This document shows, one piece after another, positions 16,581 to 25,752 of a stretch of 27,742 nucleotides of DNA. The position numbers and the translations under genes were made by a program. The notes beneath the pieces are model-generated. The model did not search any database. It had not been told where the DNA came from and was given only the letters and a program-made list of their open reading frames with translations. The first letter of the stretch is position 1; every line of letters begins with the position of its first letter. This stretch comes from a virus (lineage: Duplodnaviria; Caudoviricetes): positions 1-27,742 of IMG/VR virus record IMGVR_UViG_3300014202_000453; one strand, written 5' to 3'.

Positions 16581-17344
16581 CGAAGTATTCGATTTAATGT
16601 TAATGCGTTTAGATTAGATAAATTGTTGAGGCCGTAATTGTTCGGAGCAGTCGCGGCGGCGGCAATAACAGCGGCGCCTGCTTTGGCAATCTGAAAAGAC
16701 TTGCGGAATGAGGTTTGAGGCGCTGGCGGGTCTGGGTAACGGAGAGTACCCGTAACGGTCATATCGGAACCATTTCTGAACGGCTTCTCGACTGCGCCTT
16801 TTCCATAGAGAGGGTGATATTCATTAAGACTTTGTGGAAGCTGATATGGTTTGATTATTCCCTTCGTTAAGGCAATTAGTTCAATATCGCTCAATCCCCG
16901 GCTCCATAATGCGGGATGCGCGAGACCGCCTTTAGCTGGAGAGCTGCTCACGCCACTGCTATTAACCGATGCTCCGATTGTGTAGTAACCACCTATCGGG
17001 AAAGGGGCGCTGCCTGCGAGCGTTGAGCCCTTTTTCCCGTTCACAAACATCATGTGGGTGCCGGAACGGCGGACGTAACCTATGGCATTCCATTTATTCT
17101 TTTTCAGTCTTAAATTGCTATCAAAGTCAGCAACGAAAGAAATATCCACATGAACTTCTAAGGTGGCATCAACATAGAGGCCATAACCAGCCCCAGCGCC
17201 GACGTTATAGCCGTTTGTGAGAAGGAAGAATGACGACAGGGATGTTGGCTTTACCATTATGAACATACTGTAATTGTCCGTAGCGGTATTGCCAGCACTT
17301 GTCTTTTGAATTTTGTCGGTCGAGGCGGAGAAGTGTCGAGCCAT
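16577..17344 (-). CDS. LamG / concanavalin A-like lectin domain protein
   Basis: YSMFIMVKP, NKWNAIGYV, MFVNG, YTIGA and LWSRGLSDIEL follow the LamG pattern. Confidence 0.75.
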   Translation of the reverse strand: MARHFSASTDKIQKTSAGNTATDNYSMFIMVKPTSLSSFFLLTNGYNVGAGAGYGLYVDATLEVHVDISFVADFDSNLRLKKNKWNAIGYVRRSGTHMMFVNGKKGSTLAGSAPFPIGGYYTIGASVNSSGVSSSPAKGGLAHPALWSRGLSDIELIALTKGIIKPYQLPQSLNEYHPLYGKGAVEKPFRNGSDMTVTGTLRYPDPPAPQTSFRKSFQIAKAGAAVIAAAATAPNNYGLNNLSNLNALTLNRILR

Positions 17345-17350
17345 AATGTT

Positions 17351-17809
17351 TTATTGAACTTCTGGGACGTAATAGGTGTACCCGTAAGCGTGGTCGGCCT
17401 CTGTAGAAGAAAGCGCATTGCCTGAGGAGTTCTTGATCGCGATTCCCCAAGTTGGACCAAGCGGGCCAAGTGGCGAGGTATCAAACACACCAAAGAAAGC
17501 TTTAGCGGTCGTCGCTGTTACCACGATGGTTCCGAGTAGTGGTGCGTTTTCTATTGTGATCGCGGCATCGCTTGCGCCTGCATTGTCATCGGCAACTGTT
17601 CCATCACTGCGTAATAGATAGACTTCGTAGACAGTCCCGGCGGTAGGCGCAGCCCCGCCGGAAGTGATCTTCACATTCACCAGCGCTGCCGGATAATCGT
17701 TGGAGTTTGAGACCAACGTAGATTGCCTTGCTGACCCGTTTGCGAGCGATGCAAGGGTTAGGGTAAATCCTGCACGAGCAATGTCTTTGGTTCGTATTTC
17801 GTTTGCCAT
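17351..17809 (-). CDS. Putative virion structural protein (beta-sandwich)
   Basis: 152 aa, Ala/Thr-rich, between the capsid and LamG genes. Confidence 0.55.
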   Translation of the reverse strand: MANEIRTKDIARAGFTLTLASLANGSARQSTLVSNSNDYPAALVNVKITSGGAAPTAGTVYEVYLLRSDGTVADDNAGASDAAITIENAPLLGTIVVTATTAKAFFGVFDTSPLGPLGPTWGIAIKNSSGNALSSTEADHAYGYTYYVPEVQ

Positions 17810-17810
17810 A

Positions 17811-18143
17811 CTATTTTTCGATTACTACTAATTTCGCTGAAGCTGCTTCCTCAATAAACTGCACAGAGGTTTGATCACGGGGAACTACGTAATGCCGAGT
17901 TGATCCCGCCGCGATAAATTCATCGAAGTCGCTGCTTGTAGCCGTTGCACCCCATTTCATAAAAATGCCTTTGTCTATTGCGGTGACTTCTATGATTCTG
18001 GTGGCTTGGTTGAGTGTTATTGCTGTTGAAGCACTAATTGTTGCGTCGTAGTGCTCATCGAGTGCCACAGTAGGCGGTGTCAGCGGGAGAGGCGCACCCT
18101 CCCGGTCACGGGGAACCGCTGGGGTCTCAAAATTATCTGCCAT
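17811..18143 (-). CDS. Putative capsid spike-base / decoration protein
   Basis: 110 aa, beta-rich; positional assignment. Confidence 0.5.
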   Translation of the reverse strand: MADNFETPAVPRDREGAPLPLTPPTVALDEHYDATISASTAITLNQATRIIEVTAIDKGIFMKWGATATSSDFDEFIAAGSTRHYVVPRDQTSVQFIEEAASAKLVVIEK

Positions 18144-18165
18144 AAAATGAAATATTAATGTCTAA

Positions 18166-18196
18166 GCCAAAACCCGCACGAATGGCGGGTAATGGT
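18166..18196 (-). terminator. Terminator-like hairpin after the capsid and decoration genes
   Basis: Minus strand ACCCGC-CATTCGT-GCGGGT-TTT. Confidence 0.5.
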
Positions 18197-18203
18197 TTGA
18201 AAC

Positions 18204-18638
18204 TTAGGCTTCTTTGGTCACGACGCCGGAATAGCCGGTTACGACCCACTGCACACCGTCACAATAAAGGTCCGCGTAATTCCCAATCACGCCTGCGATA
18301 TTGAGATATTTGGTGACAACTGCCGATCCATTAAGGTTTACGGCCTCGCCGGTCTGTGGAAGACAGCGGATGATTTGAGCGGCGAATGCGTGGATCGTGA
18401 GGGCTTTGCCCGCGTTTCCCTTGACGGATGGAAGCGTAAATACAACGGTGCCGGATGCGCCGGTATTGTTATAGATTTGGTCCTGTGCTGAAAAAGGAAT
18501 TGTAAAATCAGCGGTCTTGGCGGTCGAGGTGGCTGTGCGGCGATTCACCTTCGGGTATACCGGATTGTCGAGCAATTGGAATCCTTCACCGGGCGACGCG
18601 TCCTGAACCTTAACGCCACGATTATAAACTTTTGGCAT
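18204..18638 (-). CDS. Putative capsid decoration protein
   Basis: Directly after the capsid gene; TVVFTLP...G..LTI and YADLYCDGVQWVV beta motifs. Confidence 0.55.
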   Translation of the reverse strand: MPKVYNRGVKVQDASPGEGFQLLDNPVYPKVNRRTATSTAKTADFTIPFSAQDQIYNNTGASGTVVFTLPSVKGNAGKALTIHAFAAQIIRCLPQTGEAVNLNGSAVVTKYLNIAGVIGNYADLYCDGVQWVVTGYSGVVTKEA

Positions 18639-18733
18639 ATTTGTCCTTTTGGGAGGAGTACTCTAACCAGAGTCTCTTACCATAAATTATTGAAAGGGGA
18701 TTTAACCCAATCCCCAAGGGGCTGAATCACAGC

Positions 18734-19981
18734 TTAGGTAATGGTGGTTGTGTTCACCTTTACGTTAACCAGCTTCTTGGCACCGTCTGCAAAGGTCTTC
18801 TTGCCGTACATCATGAACGGCTTGATCTTGAATACTTTGATTGCATCCGGGTCTTTGTCTATATCAAGTTGGATGTCTTTCTGCACCACGAAGTCCACAG
18901 CGCCTTTCACACCGAACATACAGTGGGAAATATTCTTTCCAGCGGAAGCGCTGGCGATATTCCATCCGTCAGTGGCGGCGGTAAGGCTGCTAGAGACAAT
19001 CGGAGCACCAACACCGCGCCAGGTAAGGGTCAAAAGATCCGTACCGGCAGTGTATGTAGCGGTCAGACCGTACAAAGCGAAGTGCTGATCGCTTCCGGCT
19101 ACCCAACCAACCTGTGTCGAGTTGGTAGTGGTCGGAGCGTTTAAGAGCGCAGCAAGGTTTGCACCCGTGGCGTCATTGTCACCGCCGATTAACACATTAC
19201 CGGATGTGGAGCCAATCGAGCTTACAAAGGTAATAGTGAGGGTGGTTGCGCCAACTTTGATGGTCAGAGTGTTGCCATTAGACGGGTTGGTGGCAAGTTT
19301 CAAAGTTCCGGTCCAATAACCTGCGTTATGCACGAACAGGTCAAAGCCCATAAACTCGGAAATTGCGCCATCTTTGGAAACAGCGTCACCGAATGCGGAC
19401 TCTTTGTATCCAACTGCCTCCTGGAGAGCCTGGAACACATCCGGGGTGATGTTGGCAAACATATCACCCTTTTTAAGGGTGTTTGTTCTCTTGAGCTTCA
19501 TAAACACACGGGAGAATATCTTGAGAACGTTTGCCGGGGTTACGTCTGCACCCAGGCCGGCAGTACCGCCGAAATCAGATGCATCAATGCTCTGACCGGC
19601 ATTTGCGACTTCTGCGAGGTAGCTACCGTTTAAGGAAAGCTTGAGGCTGTCCATAAACTTCTTGGTGTAGTACTCGCGTTTACCAACGTACATCTGGATT
19701 TCGTCCAGTTCGGAAATTTTGAACGGCACGGTTTCAATCGTGTTTACGGTCAATTCTTCTTTATCGTTGGTGATGTCACCGAAGGTGACGGCAGCGTATT
19801 TATCGCTGACTGACTGAGGAACGCCATTGTTCCCATAAACGCGGCTAATGGACGAACCCATTACCAACTCTTTTTCAAGTCGGAAATTGGCTTGTCCGCG
19901 CACGACTACTTCGTTATAGAAGTATTCCTGCATTTCCCGCGACCATAGGGCTCGCTTGGCGTCATCTAAATTGTTGGCCAT
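18734..19981 (-). CDS. Major capsid protein (HK97 fold, P22-like) with an inserted domain
   Basis: ALWSREMQ, LTVN...F.ISELDEIQ, ITPDVFQAL, GAISEFMGFDLF and MMYGKKT; follows the scaffold gene. Confidence 0.85.
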   Translation of the reverse strand: MANNLDDAKRALWSREMQEYFYNEVVVRGQANFRLEKELVMGSSISRVYGNNGVPQSVSDKYAAVTFGDITNDKEELTVNTIETVPFKISELDEIQMYVGKREYYTKKFMDSLKLSLNGSYLAEVANAGQSIDASDFGGTAGLGADVTPANVLKIFSRVFMKLKRTNTLKKGDMFANITPDVFQALQEAVGYKESAFGDAVSKDGAISEFMGFDLFVHNAGYWTGTLKLATNPSNGNTLTIKVGATTLTITFVSSIGSTSGNVLIGGDNDATGANLAALLNAPTTTNSTQVGWVAGSDQHFALYGLTATYTAGTDLLTLTWRGVGAPIVSSSLTAATDGWNIASASAGKNISHCMFGVKGAVDFVVQKDIQLDIDKDPDAIKVFKIKPFMMYGKKTFADGAKKLVNVKVNTTTIT

Positions 19982-20001
19982 TTGTGAGGGAATTTAATTG
20001 G

Positions 20002-20889
20002 TTATCCAATAAGAGGCTTTCTAAGCGGCTCTTGCTGGTGTTCCAATTGCCATGCGTGGAATTTCTTGAACTGCTCGCTCGTGGCTGTTTCGGCAAACTC
20101 CGTGAGTTTGGCCGGATCGTTGGCGATTTCGGCGAAGTCCACAACTTTCCCTCCGGCTTTACTACCACCCTTTAGAGGCTCGGCGGATTGTCTGCCGGGT
20201 TCCACTTCGGGCTTTACGTAGTTCATATAGAGTTCGTACAAAGGTTTTTTGTAGAACTCCTCACCGTCAGGGGCCTTATCCGTTGAGTAGGCTAATTCCT
20301 GCAATTTCTGCTGCACGTCCGGCTTGGAAAGCAGTTCGTCTTTCAGCGTTGTTTGCAAGCGGCCCACATCGGCCTTGAAAGCCTGTTCTTCGGCCTTGGC
20401 CATCTGATTAGCCTTGTGTTCGGCTAAGAGGCTGTTTAGCTCTTCTGGGAGTTGTGGCGTAACGGTTTTCTGGATCGCAGCGACGAGATCATTGATAAAA
20501 TCCTTGTTGGCGTCATCAATGCCGTGCTTTTCCAAAATCTCCTGGATGTTGGAGGCCGTTACTTCGCTGGGCTTACCCTGGGAGAATTTTTCGAGTTCGC
20601 TTTTCAGCTTATCGTTTTCTTCCCTTAGGTTGTGCCGTTCTTCCAGCAATTTGGCAATTGGTTTTGGCTTTTCCCGTTTCGCGGGTTCAGACTGCGGCTC
20701 CTGTTCAGGAATTTTAGTCTCCGTCTCTGCCTTTGGCGGTTGCTCATCGTTTGTTTGGGAAGCCGGTTGAGCTTCTGGCTTTGGATCGGCTGGCTGGTCT
20801 TTAGGCGTTTCAGCTTGTAAATCAGCTACAGCTTCTGCTGGGAGATTGGTTTCCATTGTGGAACCATCTTCCATTGCGACTTCGGTCAT
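20002..20889 (-). CDS. Capsid scaffolding protein
   Basis: Acidic, Pro-rich N-terminus and coiled coil, immediately upstream of the capsid gene. Confidence 0.75.
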   Translation of the reverse strand: MTEVAMEDGSTMETNLPAEAVADLQAETPKDQPADPKPEAQPASQTNDEQPPKAETETKIPEQEPQSEPAKREKPKPIAKLLEERHNLREENDKLKSELEKFSQGKPSEVTASNIQEILEKHGIDDANKDFINDLVAAIQKTVTPQLPEELNSLLAEHKANQMAKAEEQAFKADVGRLQTTLKDELLSKPDVQQKLQELAYSTDKAPDGEEFYKKPLYELYMNYVKPEVEPGRQSAEPLKGGSKAGGKVVDFAEIANDPAKLTEFAETATSEQFKKFHAWQLEHQQEPLRKPLIG

Positions 20890-20981
20890 AATTGTTTGGG
20901 TTGCCTAAACCGTAGGCAATAATCGGCAGGCTGACGTGCTTACCTGTGTCCCGAACTGGTTTTGGGTTGTGCCAGTTAAAC

Positions 20982-21006
20982 AAAAAAGAGCACCCGATTG
21001 GGTGCT
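20982..21006 (-). terminator. Intrinsic terminator upstream of the scaffold gene (part of a candidate attenuator)
   Basis: Minus strand AGCACCC-AATC-GGGTGCT-CTTTTTT. Confidence 0.7.
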
Positions 21007-21106
21007 TTGTAGGAGCTTCTAAGGAAGAATACCGGGCGGCAAACTTCTTAGGAGCTTGTACAATGCCCCCAACGTTTGCCCGGTATTTTTTTGTGTTGGT
21101 AAGGTT

Positions 21107-21592
21107 CTAAGCCGTTACCGTCCAGCCTTCGTGACCGGATGCGAATGCCTCTGCCTGCTTTTTCGCTTCTCCGTGATGATCATTCTCGTGGAAAGACTTC
21201 ACGAACTCGCTTTTTTCATTCCAGACATACCAGCAAACCACTGGCTTATCTGGATCGGTGCTTGGCTCATCGGCCTTGGCATCTTCTGCGTTATCCACAG
21301 CTTCCGACGTGGTTTCTTGTGAAACTTCCGAGTCTGAAGCTGATCCATCGCCACCCTCCTCACCTTCGACCTGCCCGTCTACTGCTGGTATTTCGATCTC
21401 ATCGCCAACTTTTATTCCCCTAGATTCAAGCTCAGGGTTATTCAACATATCTTCCTCGGTGACGATATGCTTTATAAGTTTCCCTGATACTGGGGCTGAC
21501 TTAATCAATTCTTCTAACTGAGGTACGGTTTCCTGGCCCGTAAGCTTTACGCCAAGCGATTGCGCTTTAGCGATCAAATCGGCTTTTGCCAT
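21107..21592 (-). CDS. Acidic multi-module hypothetical protein (N-terminal HeH/Rho-N-like motif)
   Basis: KADLIAKAQSLGVKLTGQETVPQLEELI, then KHIVTEED...NPEL...GIKVGDEIEIP, an acidic linker and a small C-terminal domain. Confidence 0.7.
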   Translation of the reverse strand: MAKADLIAKAQSLGVKLTGQETVPQLEELIKSAPVSGKLIKHIVTEEDMLNNPELESRGIKVGDEIEIPAVDGQVEGEEGGDGSASDSEVSQETTSEAVDNAEDAKADEPSTDPDKPVVCWYVWNEKSEFVKSFHENDHHGEAKKQAEAFASGHEGWTVTA

Positions 21593-21594
21593 AT

Positions 21595-21846
21595 TTATTC
21601 GTTAATGTTTTTTTGAATAAGTTGACCGACAGCCGTTAAGAAGCGGTCGGCATGCTTTTTATACTTATCATTCCCCTTCAATAATTCGCGCATCGTATTG
21701 TCGTGAAAATAAGCGGACTTCACCTTGCCCTTGTAGCTGACATACAGCACGTTCTTTTTCGGGAAAGCCTGAATGATGAGCGTGTTGCCTTTGCTGGTGA
21801 AAATTTCGACGGGCTTACGAAAAATCGCTTTCAGCTTTTGGAGCAT
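21595..21846 (-). CDS. Hypothetical basic protein
   Basis: 83 aa, tightly packed in the operon. Confidence 0.65.
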   Translation of the reverse strand: MLQKLKAIFRKPVEIFTSKGNTLIIQAFPKKNVLYVSYKGKVKSAYFHDNTMRELLKGNDKYKKHADRFLTAVGQLIQKNINE

Positions 21847-22177
21847 TGAGGTCGAGGTAATGCTTAATTTCGGTTTCTACTTTGCTGGCGGGTTTGAAGT
21901 ATTTGAGAAAGTCGCGGCAGGCTTCTTTTCGTTCGTGCAGTTGTATGCGCTGGCGTTCGGTGAGTTCAAGTGTTCGTTCGGCTAGGGACTGTTTACACCG
22001 TTCTATTTCTTGCTCTAAGTATACCACATAATCTTGGACAGCCGGGATCGTCAATAGCTTTTGATCAGCGATGGCCCTTTGGTATCTTTCCTCAAGCCTT
22101 CGGACTTCCGCTTTGCTCTCTTCGTCGTAATCACCGGAGTAGATAATGCTTCTCAATTTTTCCAATTCTGTGTTCAT
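21815..22177 (-). CDS. Hypothetical helical protein after the portal
   Basis: ATGA overlap with the portal stop. Confidence 0.7.
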   Translation of the reverse strand: MNTELEKLRSIIYSGDYDEESKAEVRRLEERYQRAIADQKLLTIPAVQDYVVYLEQEIERCKQSLAERTLELTERQRIQLHERKEACRDFLKYFKPASKVETEIKHYLDLNAPKAESDFS

Positions 22178-24159
22178 ACGGTTGGGGCAAGATTAGTCAT
22201 TTCCTGAGATGCGCTTTGCGTCCCGCCAGCAGTGTTTGGCACTGGCTGATCGGTAGGCTGGCCGTATAGCTGCTCGGTTGCGCTTGGCTGCGGTGCTGGT
22301 TGGAGCTTTCCTTTTTGCGCCATTACCATTGTTGCTTTGCGAGCGGCGTTTTCCTGGGCAATAGGGATATGTTCTTCTGCAATTGCCATCAACTTTTCAT
22401 ACTTTTCCATCGGCAGGTCGTTATCCGTAGCAAAGTCGATTATCTTCTGCACAAACGTGGTGTTTGCGCCACGGAATGGTTTGTATTTCTTACCCTCCAA
22501 ACAATCCTGGATCATCTTGCTGGCTCTGGAAAGCGCTTCCATCGTGCTTTCGTCGCTTAAATCAAATGCGAGTCGCTGCTCATCGTCTGGAATGTCCAAA
22601 GACTGCATTTTGACTTTAAAGCGCCATTTCGGACTGGTCGCCGCCAATTCATCCGGCGTAAGGGTCTTGAACATCTCGGCCAACTGTTTTTTTTGAATGG
22701 CGTCTTTCTCTTTGTCGTCGTCAATTCCGCTCACCTGCACGTCCCATTCGGGATTGATCTCAAAACGATGCAGCTTATCTTCTTCGTAGCCCTTCTCTCC
22801 GATAATGCGGACAGCTTCCGGGCCGCGCATATGCTCGGACAATCCCCATATAAATCTACGGCCAACGGCGATCCAGCATTTGGATTTTGATTCAAAGGTT
22901 AGGCGGCTGCGTTCGGCTGACTGTTGCACGTTCAAATAAGCGATTCCCACTTTGGATTGGTCGCTTTGGCCCTGCGCTTCGGAGTTTACGCCGGTCTTTT
23001 CTTTCAGCATGTTATCAATCCAGTTCGCAAGCTCGATGGTCCCGGAAAGCGAGTCGGTCTTGAATTGGTAAATGGCCTTGCTCATATCACCAAGCATTTG
23101 AGCGCTGCCGGATTTGAAAGCAACCAAACCATCTGGCCTCCATTCAAGTTGTGACGGGTCAGGGATGATTGACGGGTCGTACCCACGCATTTCGTAGTTT
23201 TGTTTATTGCGGTTATCAAGCTGCTGGTTAACCAAAACGCGAATTACTTCAGCCAGGGGGACCATATCCTCACACGGACTCTTGGATAGGAAATTGAAGA
23301 TGTCGCGGTTTGTGTGCCACGCGGTGAGCGGCCAGAGGTTGGATTTGAAATCCTCTTTGAGCGGTACGGCGCGTAGCCAGATGCCGGTGTTGTATTCATA
23401 AACCACCCGGCATCGCTTGCCGTTCCAGTATGTGTAAGCCTCTTTGAGCTTATAAAGACTTTGGCCAGCGTAATTGTACGAAATGCCGTTGAGGTTGAGC
23501 GCCATCAAACGGTTCTGCTTGCTCTTAAACTCGGTATCGTTATCCACCAGCTTATCGTTTGTCGTCGCGTTGATAAGCTTTTCTACCTGTCCTGGGTCGT
23601 ACAAGCCACTCTCTGCGCCTTCCTTCAAGTCTTCTTTGTTTTTGAAAATGTTATCAAGCTGCAAAAACTTGTGGCGCTCCAAAACCCCGCCGCCCATCGG
23701 GTCAACGATCAAATCGTAAGGATCTATCAGATCGAGGTGAGAGGAAAAACCGCCTGCGCTCTGCGCGTAATAACGATAGGCCGCAAAACCGTACATACCG
23801 GCCAGCTTCGTGCCGTCGGTTTCGAGCATGTCCCAATCGTAATCATCCTTGCCGCGAATCTTCTGATAGAAGGCTGTGGCTTTCTTGGCCGCTCTGTAAT
23901 CGGCGTTATCCACACCCTGATCGAAGTTGAGCGTGATGTGTTTTGAGATTTTGGACTGCCACGTATCCACAAAGCCGGGGATGATCGGCACGGGCACGTT
24001 GAACTTGCCCTTGATGTTCTTCTTCACCCGGTTGAAGTAAAAATCCTCGATGATCTGCCAGGCTTTTTCCCGGTCGCGCCGGTACATAAGTCCTGCTTGA
24101 TACTCCTCCCGGACTTGCAGCGTAATTTGTCCGGCTTCGCGTTTATCGAATTGTGCCAT
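22174..24159 (-). CDS. Portal protein (P22 gp1-like)
   Basis: 661 aa between TerL and scaffold; IDPYDLIVDP, TGVNSEAQG and a Gln/Pro-rich tail. Confidence 0.85.
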   Translation of the reverse strand: MAQFDKREAGQITLQVREEYQAGLMYRRDREKAWQIIEDFYFNRVKKNIKGKFNVPVPIIPGFVDTWQSKISKHITLNFDQGVDNADYRAAKKATAFYQKIRGKDDYDWDMLETDGTKLAGMYGFAAYRYYAQSAGGFSSHLDLIDPYDLIVDPMGGGVLERHKFLQLDNIFKNKEDLKEGAESGLYDPGQVEKLINATTNDKLVDNDTEFKSKQNRLMALNLNGISYNYAGQSLYKLKEAYTYWNGKRCRVVYEYNTGIWLRAVPLKEDFKSNLWPLTAWHTNRDIFNFLSKSPCEDMVPLAEVIRVLVNQQLDNRNKQNYEMRGYDPSIIPDPSQLEWRPDGLVAFKSGSAQMLGDMSKAIYQFKTDSLSGTIELANWIDNMLKEKTGVNSEAQGQSDQSKVGIAYLNVQQSAERSRLTFESKSKCWIAVGRRFIWGLSEHMRGPEAVRIIGEKGYEEDKLHRFEINPEWDVQVSGIDDDKEKDAIQKKQLAEMFKTLTPDELAATSPKWRFKVKMQSLDIPDDEQRLAFDLSDESTMEALSRASKMIQDCLEGKKYKPFRGANTTFVQKIIDFATDNDLPMEKYEKLMAIAEEHIPIAQENAARKATMVMAQKGKLQPAPQPSATEQLYGQPTDQPVPNTAGGTQSASQEMTNLAPTV

Positions 24160-24174
24160 TGGTTTATTCGTTAA

Positions 24175-25752
24175 TTACCCGATGTATAAGCTGTTTGGCT
24201 CAGCTTCTGGCTGTTTATAAGGCTTCGTATCTTTCTTTGATTTGAGTCTGGCGTGGTCTTTCAACTGCCAAGCGATGGCGGCGGCGATCAGAAGGTCAAA
24301 ATGCCGTGTCGTCAGCCGTGGGTCAACTTCCGCATCCATCAAATCATTTCTGGTATATGAGCGACACTCGGCAATGAGCTTGGGACAGTTGAGGGCAAGA
24401 AGCCCATCATCTACGGCTTTGGCGAGAGCGAACAGCATCTTAGGTTTGGTAAGTCCGTTCGTGTTCCAGCCATATTCGGTGATCTTGCCTGCTTGAACTC
24501 TCGTGCTTGGCTTTTCTGTATTATATATCATTTCGAGCGGGTAGATTTGCTTCAGCCGCCCGATGGTCGAATCAAACTTATTGTTCTCCGGCGCAATTAA
24601 ACATTCACCGAATTTCTCACCTTGCCGTGCAAGCTCATCACCAAACACTTCCGGCTTAATTTCGTTATTGTCATACGTGGCGGCAACTTGGGCCGGGATG
24701 GTGTCAAAATCAATGAATACGGATGCGGAAGAGTCGAGGCCAACGCCGCCTGCGACATCCGCGCCTGCTCCGAATCGGTGTGATGGGTCAAACTCCTTGT
24801 AGATTCTGAACCCGGCCACTTCCTTAATCGGCTGAAGCTTGGCCTGTGCGTCAATCTGTGTGCGGTCAAAAAGCACGTCTTTGCCCAATGCCGGTTGGCA
24901 CAAATATTCACCGGCAAAATCATCCGCGTCGGCTTCAATGGCGTTTATGTCCTCGATTGTGTAAGCGTTCCAAGTGGGTTTGCCATCTTTTTTGATCGGC
25001 GTGATAAGAACTTTGCGCTGCCCGCCTTCACGCTCCACGAGCTTATGCACATTGCCGCGCTCTGACAGGTAATTGCAGGTATAGATTGCACCGCCGTCCT
25101 TGGCTAGTCCGTCTTTCGCCTCTTCCATATTGTCCCAGATGGATTGCGTTTCGACGGCGCTTCGCAGCGTCTTGCGAGTTTCAAAGTCATCAAACCAAAT
25201 AAAGTCCGGGCGTGAATCTTCTTGAATATCGCCGCGCTGATCTGTACCGACTGTATCAGAACGCATTTTGACGCCTGTGGCTGTCGTGAAGGAGGCCATT
25301 GTCTCTTCACGCTTTTCCTGCGTTTTCTCGAATATCTCAGGGTAGTAATGGAACAGCCGTTGGTTGATGAGCAGGTTGTATACATCGGTCACGCTCTGCT
25401 TCGCGTTGTTCCGGTCCTCGCTCAAGACTTTGACGTACTTGCGGAAGTGATTGGCATCGTTTGAAACGGCGTAGGCAATGAAAAGCTTTGTCCTCGTGGT
25501 CTTGGCCGCACCACGAAACGCTATATCAACAAAAAACTTGAGCGAGCCTTGATAGACTTTGTAGTTGAATTCGTCTATTTCGGCGTGAAACGTCGCGTCC
25601 TCCCGCTTATAAAACTTCGGGAAGAAGTATCTCCCCCATACATTAAACTTGAAAACCGCCTCTTCTACAGAGTCGGTTCGATCAAGTTCAAACAGCGGTC
25701 TAATTTTTCTCTTGTCCCCCGTTTCCAGGATTCTTTCGAGCGATGAACTCAT
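24175..25752 (-). CDS. terL: Terminase large subunit
   Basis: Walker A AFRGAAKTT, Walker B FIWFDDFE, nuclease motifs GADVAGG, APENN and FDLLIAAAIA. Confidence 0.92.
   Translation of the reverse strand: MSSSLERILETGDKRKIRPLFELDRTDSVEEAVFKFNVWGRYFFPKFYKREDATFHAEIDEFNYKVYQGSLKFFVDIAFRGAAKTTRTKLFIAYAVSNDANHFRKYVKVLSEDRNNAKQSVTDVYNLLINQRLFHYYPEIFEKTQEKREETMASFTTATGVKMRSDTVGTDQRGDIQEDSRPDFIWFDDFETRKTLRSAVETQSIWDNMEEAKDGLAKDGGAIYTCNYLSERGNVHKLVEREGGQRKVLITPIKKDGKPTWNAYTIEDINAIEADADDFAGEYLCQPALGKDVLFDRTQIDAQAKLQPIKEVAGFRIYKEFDPSHRFGAGADVAGGVGLDSSASVFIDFDTIPAQVAATYDNNEIKPEVFGDELARQGEKFGECLIAPENNKFDSTIGRLKQIYPLEMIYNTEKPSTRVQAGKITEYGWNTNGLTKPKMLFALAKAVDDGLLALNCPKLIAECRSYTRNDLMDAEVDPRLTTRHFDLLIAAAIAWQLKDHARLKSKKDTKPYKQPEAEPNSLYIG

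Noticed and set aside
7385-25746. Numerous + strand ORFs of 60-180 aa in the track
   Set aside because: They lie antisense to well-supported structural genes and show no recognisable motifs.
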